Positions 1 to 13,400 of a DNA stretch of 64,000 nucleotides are shown here, in pieces (position 1 is the first letter of the stretch; every line of letters begins with the position of its first letter). The notes beneath the pieces are model-generated. The model was not told the DNA's origin. It made no database searches and saw only the letters and a program-made list of their open reading frames with translations. Made by a program: the position numbers and the translations under genes. Location of the stretch: contig NC_058376.1 of assembly GCF_018350175.1 (NCBI RefSeq), positions 2,046,001 to 2,110,000 on the forward strand. The letters are read 5' to 3'. Source of the DNA: Felis catus. Taxonomy: Eukaryota.

Positions 1-126
1 GGCCTGGCAAACCCGCGTGACCTTCCGCAGTCCCGCTCTGATGGACAACCAATGGCACACGCTGGTCTTGGCCGTGTCCGAAGGATCCTTTTCCCTCACC
101 ACGGACTGCGGCGTCCCCGCGGACAT
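1..126 (+). CDS. TSPEAR: TSPEAR exon 3 (3' part; laminin-G/TSP-N domain), truncated by window start
   Basis: Frame 2 reads [41 protein letters not shown](I). Donor AT|GTAGGT at 127, phase 2, matches the next exon. Absent from the ORF track. Confidence 0.93.
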
Positions 127-1544
127 GTAGGTAGCGGGGCGCCCGGGGAGGGCCGGGTGCTGCCGGACACGGCGGGTCCAGGGCCGCGGGGCGGGCCGGC
201 TGGCCGGGTGCTGCGGGCACCGTGCGCCCTAGGCTCGGGCCCGTGGGCGAACAATCTTTAGGGACCATCCCCTGAAGCGGGAGCGCAGGGTCATCAGCAG
301 GGTCCGCCACCAAACCCGTCCTCCAGAGCGGCCGCAGTGGGTGGGAGCGAGTGCAGGCGCCCAGGCCGGGTAGGTTGGACTTGGCTGGGGGTGGGGTGGG
401 GGACTGTGCCTTGCAGAGCAGGGTCACCATCAGGAAACACGCAGAGGAAGGTCACAGAGAGCTCAGGCACCAGAGCCAAACTGAACCTGCAGCCTGACTG
501 GAGGGAGCCCAGCTCCTGCCTTGTGATTTTCAACACATCGTTTGGCCTAAGACCCGGTTTGCCCGTCGGGACGAGTGAATAGTCGCTCTGACCCCAAATA
601 AACACGCAGAGTAGCCCTTCTGGTAGCTTCGGCACAGCCCCAGGCACCAGCAGCCTGAGTTCCCTCCCTGCCCTCGCCGTCGCCTGGTCACTAGGCTGGA
701 CCAGGGAGCGTCGGTCCCCATAGTCCCACCGGCTGGTGACGACCATCCTGGCTCAGTGGGGCTGGTGACTCTCTTAAATCACAAATTGTCCGGTTTACAT
801 TAAAATCCATCATTATTCCAGATACTCCTTTCAGAGGTAGAATCTCACTGTGCTCTGTTACTATGAAACTTATTCCATAATAAAAAGAGTCTTTGCCATT
901 CGGACACTTTGTGTGAACCCGTCTCTACCACAAGGGCTCCCTCTGCTCCCAAGCGCGTCAGGGCCTTTACCAGGGTGATGACGGTGGGGACCCAGCAGTG
1001 GGAGCAGCTCTGTGATGGGGAGGGGGAGGAAGGAAGGGGAGGGAAGGAGCCGCGGCTACAGCCAGTGGCGGCCAAGGAGGACTCCGGGGCCTGGGGGTCG
1101 GGCATCACAGGCCTCGTGGGCACCACGGAGGGCGCGCTGGGATCAGAGCGCGGGGGATTCTGGGACGGCGCTCAGAAAGTGGCCTCACCACGGCCAGCTG
1201 CAGCCCGATGCAGGCCTGGAAGGAACAGGTTCTTACGTGGGGAGATGCCTGACTCATCCACCCCAGAGGCTCCAGTCAGGGCCCTCCCCTCCAGCAGGCA
1301 CCCACCTTCTCCCCCACCCTCGGGGTGCAGCGTCCACTTCCGCGTCAAGACCCAGCTCTGGCCACATCTGCCAACGCCTCCCAGGCCATCAGCGGGGTCG
1401 GACACCATCTGTTTCCCCATAGGCGTGGTGGAGGGTGGGCAGGCTGGGGACTCAGTGCCGCTGGGAGGCACTAGAGTTTCCAGAGAGATGGGAGAACCCC
1501 TCAACGGACACCTCTGTGGCCACGCTTTTGCAGAAGACTCTTGT

Positions 1545-1923
1545 CCTGGGGAAAAGAGCGCTCCTCAAATTCACGTCCACCAGAACCCTGCAATGCAAAC
1601 TTGCTTGGAGACAGAGTCTTTGCAGGTGTGATCGAGTTAAGTTGAGGTCATGACTGCAGTCGGGCGGGCCCTGACCCAGAGCCTGGTGTCCTTATAAGAA
1701 GAGGAGAGGCACAGACAAGGCCATGTGAAGACAGGCAGAGGGGGTGACGTAGCTACAAGCCAGGGAATACCAGAAAGCCCAGAGCTGGATGAGCCTCCAG
1801 AGGGAGCGGGACCCTGCAACGCCCTGACGTCTGGAGGACTCCCGGCCTCCAGAACTGTGGATAATCTGCCACCTAAGCCCCCAGTTTGGGGTGTTCATTA
1901 CAGCCACCCTGGGAAACTGATAC
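1545..1923 (+). mobile_element. MLT1-type (ERVL-MaLR) solo LTR
   Basis: MLT1 hallmark motifs: GTCTTTGCAGGTGTGAT...TTAAG...GGTGTCCTTATAAGAAG...GCCATGTGAAGACA...GGCCTCCAGAACTGTG...TTACAGCC...GGAAACTGATAC. Confidence 0.8.
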
Positions 1924-2013
1924 CCCCGTGCACTGCTTCCCCTGTCCTTTTCTGCATAAACGGGCTGTGACGCTGCTCTCCCATGGCCCTAAAGCACCCT
2001 CAAATGTTTTCAG

Positions 2014-2104
2014 AATGGCTGACGTGCCCTTCCCGGCCACCCTCTCGGTGCGAGGAGCCCGATTCTTCATCGGCAGCCGGAAGAGGACCAAAGGCCTGTT
2101 CACG
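2014..2104 (+). CDS. TSPEAR: TSPEAR exon 4 (91 nt)
   Basis: Acceptor tgttttcag|A; reads [30 protein letters not shown]; donor |GTAAGC. Confidence 0.95.
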
Positions 2105-2439
2105 GTAAGCACGGGAGGGGCTGCCTGTCTGGCCTCCCAACAGCAGTGCTCACAGAGGGGCCGTCACTACAGGCCCCGTGTCCTCACACTCTGATCCGAC
2201 AGATCGGTGTGTGCCGCACGGGAGCAGGGAGCCCTGGGGTACGTGGGGCTCCACACTTGCGAGGCACAATTTACCACAGGGCCTTTTCACCCGCCGTTCC
2301 CTCTTCCTGGCACACGCATCCCCACTGTCACCACAGATCACACCCTGTACCCTCAGGACCCCGCCCCATGTCATCCTCCTTGGAGACCTTCCCCTACCAC
2401 TTGGAGAAGATGAGCCCTGCACCCAACCCCTTCTCCTGG

Positions 2440-2605
2440 TTGTCTTTCCTCCATAGCCCTCACCACTCTCAGACCAGCTGTGTGTTTGCTCATTGGCTGT
2501 CTCTCCCATAGAGTGCAGGTGAGGGACCCTGTTCCATACTGTGTCCAGTTTCTAGACCCATGTGTGATATATAATAGGTGCTTGGTGAATATTTGTGGAT
2601 GGCAT
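2440..2605 (+). mobile_element. L2 LINE 3' end fragment
   Basis: ATAATAGGTGCTTGGTGAATATTTGTGGATG resembles the L2 terminus TAGTAGGTGCTCAATAAATATTTGTTGAATG. Confidence 0.6.
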
Positions 2606-4247
2606 GTTTGGATGGATGGATGGACAGATGGATAACTGTATGGGTGGTGGGTGGACATATGGATGGATGGATCAGTGATGTGAACATAAGGCTGAGTGAC
2701 AGATGGGTAGATAGATGGATGAGNNNNNNNNNNNNNNNNNNNNNNNNNNNNNNNNNNNNNNNNNNNNNNNNNNNNNNNNNNNNNNNNNNNNNNNNNNNNN
2801 NNNNNNNNNNNNNNNNNNNNNNNNNNNNNNNNNNNNNNNNNNNNNNNNNNNNNNNNNNNNNNNNNNNNNNNNNNNNNNNNNNNNNNNNNNNNNNNNNNNN
2901 NNNNNNNNNNNNNNNNNNNNNNNNNNNNNNNNNNNNNNNNNNNNNNNNNNNNNNNNNNNNNNNNNNNNNNNNNNNNNNNNNNNNNNNNNNNNNNNNNNNN
3001 NNNNNNNNNNNNNNNNNNNNNNNNNNNNNNNNNNNNNNNNNNNNNNNNNNNNNNNNNNNNNNNNNNNNNNNNNNNNNNNNNNNNNNNNNNNNNNNNNNNN
3101 NNNNNNNNNNNNNNNNNNNNNNNNNNNNNNNNNNNNNNNNNNNNNNNNNNNNNNNNNNNNNNNNNNNNNNNNNNNNNNNNNNNNNNNNNNNNNNNNNNNN
3201 NNNNNNNNNNNNNNNNNNNNNNNNNNNNNNNNNNNNNNNNNNNNNNNGGTGAATGGATGGGAGATGGGTGGATGGGTGGATGGATGGGTGGATGGGAGAT
3301 GGATGGACATATGGGTGAATGGATGAGTGGATGGATGGATGGATGGACAGATGGGTGATGGATGGACATATGGGTGAATGGATGGGGGGATGGATGGATG
3401 GAAGGATGGGTGGGTGGATGGATAGATGGGTGGGTGGATGGAAGGGTGGATGGATGGTTGGCTGGATGGATGGGNNNNNNNNNNNNNNNNNNNNNNNNNN
3501 NNNNNNNNNNNNNNNNNNNNNNNNNNNNNNNNNNNNNNNNNNNNNNNNNNNNNNNNNNNNNNNNNNNNNNNNNNNNNNNNNNNNNNNNNNNNNNNNNNNN
3601 NNNNNNNNNNNNNNNNNNNNNNNNNNNNNNNNNNNNNNNNNNNNNNNNNNNNNNNNNNNNNNNNNNNNNNNNNNNNNNNNNNNNNNNNNNNNNNNNNNNN
3701 NNNNNNNNNNNNNNNNNNNNNNNNNNNNNNNNNNNNNNNNNNNNNNNNNNNNNNNNNNNNNNNNNNNNNNNNNNNNNNNNNNNNNNNNNNNNNNNNNNNN
3801 NNNNNNNNNNNNNNNNNNNNNNNNNNNNNNNNNNNNNNNNNNNNNNNNNNNNNNNNNNNNNNNNNNNNNNNNNNNNNNNNNNNNNNNNNNNNNNNNNNNN
3901 NNNNNNNNNNNNNNNNNNNNNNNNNNNNNNNNNNNNNNNNNNNNNNNNNNNNNNNNNNNNNNNNNNNNNNNNNNNNNNNNNNNNNNNNNNNNNNNNNNNN
4001 NNNNNNNNNNNNNNNNNNNNNNNNNNNNNNNNNNNNNNNNNNNNNNNNNNNNNNNNNNNGGGTGAATGGATGGGGGGATGGGGGATGGATGGGTGGGTGG
4101 GTGGGTGGATGGATGGATGGGTGGGTGGATGGGTGATGGGTGGACATATGGGTGAATGGATGGGGGATGGATGGATGGGTGGGGGGATGGGGGGATGGAT
4201 GGATGGGTGATGGATGGACAGACAGATGGACAGATGGATGGATGAAC
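2606..4247. repeat. (GGAT)n-type complex microsatellite containing two assembly gaps
   Basis: GGAT/GGGT repeats; N runs at 2724-3247 and 3474-4059. Confidence 0.95.
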
Positions 4248-4516
4248 AATGCAGTCCAGTCACTCTAGGCTGGTTCACAGGAAAAACCCCTTCCATGGCT
4301 GTTGCCTTAGAATGGTGTAGAATTATCCACCATTGCTCCCAGTGCTCCCCACACTCCCAACCTATTAGCAGATTCTTGTCACCTGGCTCTTGAGGTGGCC
4401 AGACCCTCAGTCCTCATTCTCACCCCTCCACCAGGGTCTGGCCAGGCTGAGCCCAGGGGTGGGTCCAAGCACTCTCTGGCAATGATGTTCTAAGCATGCT
4501 CTCCGTCTCTCTGCAG

Positions 4517-4673
4517 GGCCTGGTGAGGCAGCTGGTCTTACTGCCTGGCTCGGATGCCACCGCAAGGCTCTGTCCCTGCAGGAGTCCCGAGTTGGCTGTG
4601 CTGTCCATCCCCCCAGTCCTGCAGGGCCCCCTGGGGAAGCCAGAAGATAATGAGGTGCTAAAATATCCCTATG
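4517..4673 (+). CDS. TSPEAR: TSPEAR exon 5 (157 nt)
   Basis: Acceptor tctctctgcag|; reads [52 protein letters not shown]; donor G|GTTAGT. Confidence 0.95.
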
Positions 4674-6035
4674 GTTAGTAGGTCAAAGCCACCCACTCCC
4701 CCTCACTTATGGCAGACCCTGAGAGCCTTGTCACTTGGTAACAGAGAAAGGAAGGTGACTATTAAGTTGACAAAGGGGCTGGCCTGATGCAGATGGGCAG
4801 GGGTCCTGCCCAATGGCCACCAGAGAACCTGGTTCTTCCTGGACCCCCAGTGCTGTTCCCTGACCTCGTCTTCCTTCTCTTGAGCCTCTGACTTCCATCT
4901 GCTGCCTGTTTGTCCCCAGAGCAGTATTTGGGGTCTTTACCCCCATCCCTCTCTGATAGGCATCTAAACCTCAGCCCCCACCCCAGCGGGGACCCCAAAC
5001 TGTGAGAGGCACATTCCAATTATCCGTGACCCCCCAGCCCAGAGGGTCCCCAGCATTTAGCCCGTGCTCGCATCTCCTGGGGCTGAAGTCACCATGCTGC
5101 GTATGTAAGCCACACACCCCACCCCGGCGAAGCCAGATCGCGCCCCCACTGCAGCCCCCACCACTCAGCGAGGCGGGGGAGACAGCCCCAGCCCCTCCTG
5201 AGCCTCACGGTCATGCCTCACCAGTCAGGGGACGCCCCTCGAGCACATCCGCCTTTACACTCCCCTCCTGGGATGGGGTTTCCAAACTCCCAGAAGCACC
5301 AGCTGTAGCTTTTTCTATCGTGCTGGAGAGAGCTTTAATAGTCTATAAACTGATGCAGTTTGTTGTCATGCTATGTTGAATAATTTTGTAGGAACGGTAC
5401 AACTTTGGGTGATTTTTATAGTAAAAGAAGAGACACAGAGGAAAATAATTTCCCTGCACAGTGGAATTTTCATATGCTACACGGGAAGTTTGCACATGTG
5501 TCCCGTCATCTCAGAATAGGCGGGAGGCAGGACTGCCCCCTTGGGGCTCTGCTGGGCGCTACGTCAGGTCGAGGTGCCCCGGGTCACAGTCGAGGTGCGG
5601 GTGTCGGCTTGGCGGCGACAACGATGTCGCCGTGAATCCGCCACGCGGCATCACCGGGACGTGCGGGCCTGGCTCGAAATGAGGTGTAACCACCAGCAGC
5701 GATGGGGTCAAACGCGGCGGAATTAGGCAAAACTCAAGCTTAGATAAACTGACGCCAGGGAGAGAGGTCTGAGCAGCGAGCAGGGCAGTGGGTGTGCGAT
5801 CACCAAGGCTTTTCCAAGGGGAGGAGGGCCGCCCTCTGGAGTGGGCAGCGAGGCTGGCAGGAAGCCGGACGGCGTGCATCCCGCCCCGCGGACACCCGGG
5901 GGGGAGCAGGCCACAATGGAGACCCCTGTGTCCTCGTGGTCCCCACACGCAGAGGCAAAGGTGGGACCGCCTGGGTCAGGGGTCCTCCTCCAGGGAGCAT
6001 GTTCTCTGGACACTCCCCTTCCTTGTTCCCCCCAG

Positions 6036-6167
6036 AAACCGACCTGAAGGTGACTCTGGGGTCCCGGCCTCCGTGCACCAAAATGGAGGACGCCCAGTTC
6101 TGGTTTGATGCTAGCCGGAAGGGGCTGTTCCTGTGTGTGGGCAGCCAGTGGGTCTCCGTGTTAGCAG
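6036..6167 (+). CDS. TSPEAR: TSPEAR exon 6 (132 nt)
   Basis: Acceptor ttccccccag|; reads [44 protein letters not shown]; donor G|GTGAGG. Confidence 0.95.
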
Positions 6168-6860
6168 GTGAGGAGGGCGGCGCGCCTCCTGGGGCTCTGG
6201 GGACTCGGGGGTTCTTCTTGGAGCCAGCGCGACTTGGGAGTAGGGAGGACCCCCCCGGACAGCAGGCTGCATATTCAACCTGGAGACGCGTGTCCTCCTG
6301 GGCGGGGCGTGAGGGGGGCAGGGCTCGCCACCCCTCCCCTCGTGCACGTCCAGTCCCCGTCGAGGGGACACCCTCCTCGTGCCATGTCTGCCCCCGTCAC
6401 ACTTGCTGGGGATGACACCAGGAGTCTGGATGTATGTTGTTCCCCTGGGACCTTCCGGCAGAGCCTTCCGCATGGGGACAGGGGGGTCGAGGTCACCCAG
6501 GGCGCTCTGGACAGTCGCCCACGGGAAACGAGAGCTGGCTGCGGCCGCCGCCCTCGGCCGCTGACCCCGCTGCTCATGGGCTCAGCTTTGTGTAGAGCAG
6601 CGGGCGTGGGAAATGTCTAATGAGGACGCGACACGTCAGTTCCGTCCCTTCAGCGTCCCTGGGCGCCGCATAGACCTTAAAACCCACACAGGCTCCCCTG
6701 ATGGCCTCTCTGTGAGGGTGAAATGCCCCCAGGTGAACCGCCCTGGCAGTCGCTGATGCCGTGGGGTCACGGCTCGGGGCCCTGGGGTCACACTCCCAAG
6801 CCGGCCTGTCGGCTGCCATGCGGGGAGGCATTAAGCGGGTCTCCACATTTCTACCTTCAG

Positions 6861-7087
6861 CCAAGGAGAAACTGGACTACGTGGAAGAACATCAAAGCCT
6901 GTTCACCGACTCGGAGACGCTGGGCATCGAGGTCTTTGCCATCCCCGAGGCCGGGCTCTTCGTGGCAGCCGCCAACCGCAAAGCCACGTCCGCCATCTAC
7001 AAGTGGACCGATGGGAAGTTCGCCTCCTACCAGAACATTCCCACGCACCAGGCACAGTCCTGGAGACACTTTACCATTGGGAAGAAG
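6861..7087 (+). CDS. TSPEAR: TSPEAR exon 7 (227 nt; start of EAR/EPTP repeats), GC donor
   Basis: Acceptor ctaccttcag|; reads [26 protein letters not shown]...[13 protein letters not shown]. Donor AAG|GCAAGT is the site that joins in frame to exon 8. Confidence 0.93.
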
Positions 7088-7877
7088 GCAAGTCTGCGTT
7101 TGGCGACTTTCTCAATCCCTCTTATCTTGGAGAAACCCGGAGTCCAAAGGTTGGGACCCCTTCCGTAGGAAATACGGGAAGAGTATTCCTCGTGGTTTCA
7201 AAGTCTTACTTAGGTTCTGAGGAGCTTCCGAGATCAGACACTTGGTGGGGTCTCTAAGTCCAAAGTGTGACGTGCCTTTGGCTTCCTACAAAATAAAGAC
7301 AAGACCATTCCTAAGATGCTGTCAAGTCCATGTAGACGCATTGTGACTAAATTGAGAGCTTGTTGGCTCACTTGATGAGCTGGTCAACAGCGCAGAAAGC
7401 ATCTCAGAATGCGGACGACCACGGTCCTGTCTCCTTGACTCACTCCAGGTCCCGAGGACATGCGGTGTCCAAACGGAGAGGGACAGGCCCTTAGGTGAAG
7501 GTGTGAGACCCTCACGGACAGCCCCTTCCCAGCCAGGGCTGGATGGACCAGAGGGCATGGGGGGGTGGTCTGAGCCGCGCCCCCAGCACAATGCACTCTC
7601 TCCCCAGCCCCGACACCCTCTGCTGCAGTGGCAGTGGCCGAGGGCCTCCCCCCACGACCCCGTGCCCATCCTCCAAAGCGCTCACTCGCCAACACGAGTG
7701 TGCCCCGTGTGGCCCTGCCCTCACTAGGTGCACCCTGACGAGGAAACAGCAGGTCAGACAGACCTCTAGGCCACCGCCCACCATGGCCCAGCCGTGCTCC
7801 CAGTCCAGCATGGCGGATGAGTGACTGGTGCTCCAGCCTTTTGGTTGATGACATTTTCATTATAAAAAATGCAAACT

Positions 7878-8088
7878 TTTCTTTTTTTATTTTAGAGAGA
7901 GTGCGAGAGCACGAGCAGGGAGGGGCAGAGAGAGAGAGAGAGAGAGAGGGAGGGAGAGAGAATCCCAAACAGGCACCACACTGTCAGCTCAGAACCCAGT
8001 GTGGGGCTCGATCCCCCAACCATGAGATCATGGCCTGAGCCGAAATCAAAAGTCAGACGCTTAACCAACTGAGCCACCCTTGGGCCCC
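7878..8088 (-). mobile_element. Can-SINE (SINEC_Fc-like)
   Basis: Reverse-complement tRNA-derived head (GGGGCCCAAGGGTGGCTCAGTTGGTTAAG), (CT)n tract, A-rich tail. Confidence 0.92.
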
Positions 8089-8523
8089 TAAGAAATGTTA
8101 ACTTCACGTCAAGAAATATTAGGATATTCAGAAAAACATTTCACCAAAGCAGGTGCCGGGCTCACTGAGCGCACGCTCACTTCCGGGCTCAGCAGACACA
8201 CCCCACACGCCGAGCCGGCTTGCCTCCTGGTCCCATCCCATGTTGGGCACCTGCGTGTCCTACTCAGCTATGTGACAACACGTGCGTCTGTGCGGGAGGA
8301 GGACGTGATCGTGTGTTTCTGCTCGTCCGGGTGATGAGCGCAGTTCTGTGCACAGAGCTGTTCCTGATTTTGGAGACAAAAATGGAGACAACAGACTGAT
8401 GAACGTGACTGACAGATCCGGAGAGACAGTGGCCATCGGACAGAGACGCAGGCGCTCAGAAGATCAGCCCCAGGCCCCTCGCACAGGTGACAAGAACCAA
8501 GTGTCCCGGGTCCTGTCTTTCAG

Positions 8524-8710
8524 GTCTTCCTGGCTGTGGCTAATTTTGAACCGAATGAGAAGGGCCAGGAGTTCTCTGTCATTTACAAATGGAGCCACAG
8601 GAAACTGAGGTTCACACCGTACCAGAGGGTCCCCACCCACAGCGCCCGGGACTGGGAAGCCTTCGAGATGGCCGGGGAGCACTTCCTGGCCGTGGCCAAC
8701 CACAGGGAAG
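8524..8710 (+). CDS. TSPEAR: TSPEAR exon 8 (187 nt; EAR repeats)
   Basis: Acceptor tgtctttcag|; reads [27 protein letters not shown]...[22 protein letters not shown]; donor G|GTAGGC. Confidence 0.96.
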
Positions 8711-9812
8711 GTAGGCTGTGGCCTCCCACCTGGAAGGGAGCCACGGGGCGGGGGGGCTTACTCACCCGAACCCTCACCTCATGACCACGTTATAATAAGC
8801 CACACCCAGCCTGATTCTTCGGGCTTGGCCATCTGACAGTGACGTCTGAGGGCGAACAACACCTGAGCACCCTGTCAGCGTCTGGGCAGGCGGACAGGCA
8901 GGCACAGTCCGTGCGGGTGCCTGCCCTTGGGAGAGCGGTTACGGAAACGCGGGCCACCTGGCTGCACAGACTGCTACATTCGAAACTGACCACCCGACTG
9001 ACTAACCAACCAAGTGACTAACCTTCCCGGAGGAGGTGACTGAGACAGGTGTGAAGGCAAGCTGTTCGCCCGGCATGCCCGTGTCCCCTGGAGGGACGTC
9101 GGCGTGGACTCCCGCTGGCAGAACAGACTTGCTGGAAGGATGGGGGGGCTTGTTTGCCCCAGAACATGCCTTCTGCACACAGACCCTGTGACACAGCGGG
9201 TGCAGTGGGGGGGACAGGCCTGGCAGAGGCCGGGAAGCCTGGTTTCTGGGTCAGTGACGGCCTGAGTGACCACAGCAGGCCCTTCCTGGGTGTGTAACTC
9301 TCGAGGGCAGGGTTCAGGGCAGCTCTGCCCACAACCCGTGGGGGAGGAGCCCTGCCTCCCAGCTCATGGGCAGGGGGACCCCAGGGCCCGCTCCCCAGTG
9401 CTCCCCAGGGAAATGAGTATTCCGGGAGAGGCTGGCCCAGCCAGGGGGGCTCCTGGGAGCATGTTGTCGGGAGGGGCCTTCCGGGCAGAGGGTCAGGAAG
9501 TGCAAAGGCCTGACCCGTGGGGGACAGTGAGAGCAGGGGGCTCTCAGAGGGAGAGAGCAGGGGGCAGTGTGAGCAGTGAGGCTAGGGAGGGGTGGGGGCC
9601 CCATCTCCAAGACAGAGGGCCGCGGGGCAACAGGTCTGGAGCCCTCAAAGGCGGGGACCCAGGGAGGGCCTTCCTCTGGGCGCAGGGGCAGGGAGTGCAG
9701 GGTGAGCAGGGAAGGTGCCCGGTGGCCAGAGGCCTCGGTGCACAGGACAGACCCCTCCCTCTGGCCTGAGGCAGGGCCAGGGTGGGCCAGGGCTCCACCA
9801 CGGCCGCCGTGA

Positions 9813-10490
<678 letters not shown>

Positions 10491-13400
10491 TGAGTGTCCC
10501 GTAGCTGGTTCCAGGCTCCTGGGCTACCCACTCGTGAGCAGAGGATCATGGAGAGGAAGCATAGGTGCTGGCGGGGGGCGGGGGTTGGGGGGCCACTGTC
10601 TCAGTCTCAGGGCTGGAACTGGCTGCCCATCTGTTTTCCTGGTGGAGCCGTGGGGACTCCCTGTCTACCTCTGGGAATGGTGGAGAGGATGCACCACCAG
10701 TGTGACTCCTTCCTCCCTGGATCCTTCTGGAACATTCCTTTTCTGGTTTATCTGTCCCCTCATCCGCCCGGGAGAAATGCTTCAAGGGCCCTCTGAGCCT
10801 TAGGGTGGTGGCTCCTTTGGCATTGGACGTCCCAGCGAGGCGTCCTGTGCGGGCGGTGCCCACAGCCTGAGGCTGGTGGTCACAGGACAGAGGAGGGAAC
10901 ACGGGAACACACGGAACCCACCCTCCCTTCGGCTCTCCAGGGAACTGAGAAGGGCAGGCGGGCTTTGTTAAGCAGCGCCTACCTTGAGACCAGCAGCTGT
11001 GCAGAGAGGCTGTAGTGACCGAAGGCAGTCTAGAACATTCCACACGCACCGTCCCATCAAGGACAAGCCTGGAGGTGGCACGTGGGGTGGGCCTCAAACG
11101 CAAGGGAGGAAAGATGAAGTTCAATGGTTCGGGCTCCTCTGCGGGGCGGTGGAGGGGTAGCATAGGGAGGTGGAGCGCTCAGAGGAGCCCGCGGCGAGGA
11201 CACGGACGGGCTCGCGGACAGCCGCTCGAGCCAGTTCCTGTTTGTTCCCGCCGCCGGACTGGGCTTGCACCGGTCACGGCCGGCCGGCTGGAGGCCGAGG
11301 CGCTGTCCGCCGCCCGCTTGGGGGGCTCACGCTGCAGCCCCCCCCAAATCCCAGCCAGGGCACTGCGTCCCAGCGACGTTAGGACAAGCCCCAGAGGGCG
11401 AGGACAGCTGCAGGAGGGGCAGCCGGGTCCCCGAGCGCTGACATTGCCCCAGAGGGAGTGGGTGTGAGCGGGGAGCCAGCCCGACCCCGAGTTTCCCGGC
11501 AGGGGGAGGTCATTGCTGGGGCTGCTGGTTCCTGAGATGGGGCGCCCCGGGGAGAAGTGGGACCGGGGTGGGCACGATTCCTTTGCAGCCACGCGCCTTC
11601 GTAACGGCCGGAGGGGCTGAGCGGGCTGAGCCGCGGCGGCGGCGGCGGCTGCTGGGCGAGCAGTAACCACACAAAGCACCCGGACCAGGAGCTTCGCCCG
11701 CCTCCTCCCACTCAGTCCTCACAGCCACGCTGTGAGCTAAGTGCTGCCCCAGTCTCCCTGTACAGCTGGGGAAACTGAGGCACGGGGGTCCCAGGACTCG
11801 CTCCTGCCGGAGCCGCAGCTCTGGATGGGAACCGGGGCGGTGCGGTGCTTGCTCTTACTCCATTCGGCGTAGGACAGGGTCCTCGAGCACGCGTTCCTTA
11901 CGCGGCATTCGCCATCGCTGTGATGCCTTGTGAACGCCAGGACCCGGAAAACGGCTCGGACGGCCTGGGGTGGGGCTGTCCCCAGCAACGGGCCTGGGTG
12001 TGTGCACGCCGGTTTGAAGAGCATCCCGCAGCGGGCTGGCCTGGGGTCTGCCTGTCAGGGCCCACGTGGACCTAGACGCCAGGCCTTTGAGACTAAAGAC
12101 CCGGGAGCGTCTGGGGCCTCCGCTGGGGCGTCTGGGGCTGGACGGCCAGGGAAGCGGGCCTCCACGGTGGCAAAATCAGGAATCCCCAGGAGGCCCAGAC
12201 ACGCGGGGACGGTGGCTGGGAACGAGCATGTGGCACTGAGCAGCTGTGAAAGGCGACAGGCTGACGCAGCTCGTGTGGAAAGTCCGTGGGCTCTACGCTT
12301 ACTCCGCGTCACCGGGTCGCGTGGATGTCCTACCGTGAGCGTGCCCAGCCTGAGGTGGGGTTCCGGGTGCTCACACATCTGTAGCCCACACGAGGGGCGA
12401 CCGCAGGAACTGAAGGCTTTTTTCTGGAGGAAGATTCAGGAAGCTTGTTTCCAGCTTCCTGCCTGGCTTGGGGGTGCAATTTGGAGATTTTCACCAATGC
12501 CCACCGACGCCTTGACCCTAAACCTCCTGCATCTGAAAAAAGGCCAAGTTAGAGGGTGTTCGTCGTCTTGGCTCCTCATCTGGGGCCACGACCAGGGGGC
12601 CCGGCTCACGGAGCACAGCCCAGCACCGACCATCCTCACCATCACCTCCAAGCCGACGGCTGGGGCCTCCCGGGGTTTGACCCGATCACACGAGCTGGTA
12701 GCTAAAACAGCACGTGCGTCCATGCTGGAGACCAGGCTGGCTCTGGGACACAAGGGGGTTTTAAAAATTATACTGATCTGCAGAGGTGTTCAAGAAGGTA
12801 TTACATTTATAAAGTCAGCACAGAGCTCTGGGGAATCACAAGTACGTTGCTGGCATCACATTGTTAACGTGACTGGAAAATCAAGGTCGGGGAAACTTCT
12901 AGAATGCAGAACCAGAAGCTGAGACAGAGAGGATCAAGCCGGGAGATCCAGAAGAAGTGATGCTGGGGAAGAGAGCAATGGGGCCATCAGAGGGGATCCC
13001 CGAGACCCGGGAACACGCCCTCGGAGGGGGCGCTGGCCCCGGAGACCGGATCACGCGGGTCTGACTGTGTGAGGAAATTCGCGGGCGTCGCAGGAAAGAT
13101 CCTAGGACACTTTCCCAGTTTCTCGCCCGTAGCCGTGCGCCCTGGCCCAGAGTCTGCCCTCCGTGATCCTGGGGAGACCACTCAGCCTGGATTCTGTTGG
13201 CTGCGCTTTGTGTAGGAGGAGGGGCACAGGGTGCCACAAATGTTAGTGGCTTCCTGCCACCGAAGGTTAGTCCTCACCAGGTGAAGCACTGTGAGGTTCC
13301 CGGCTCTCCCCTGCCACGTGTCTGCACCTTCGGAGCCTCGACCACGGCCAGGAGAGGCGGGAAGGCCCCACTGGCCGGCACTGGTCACATGAGCTGGCGT

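Noticed and set aside
2371-4296. Long His/Pro-rich or Trp/Met/Asp-rich ORFs
   Set aside because: Translations of the GGAT repeat and N gaps.
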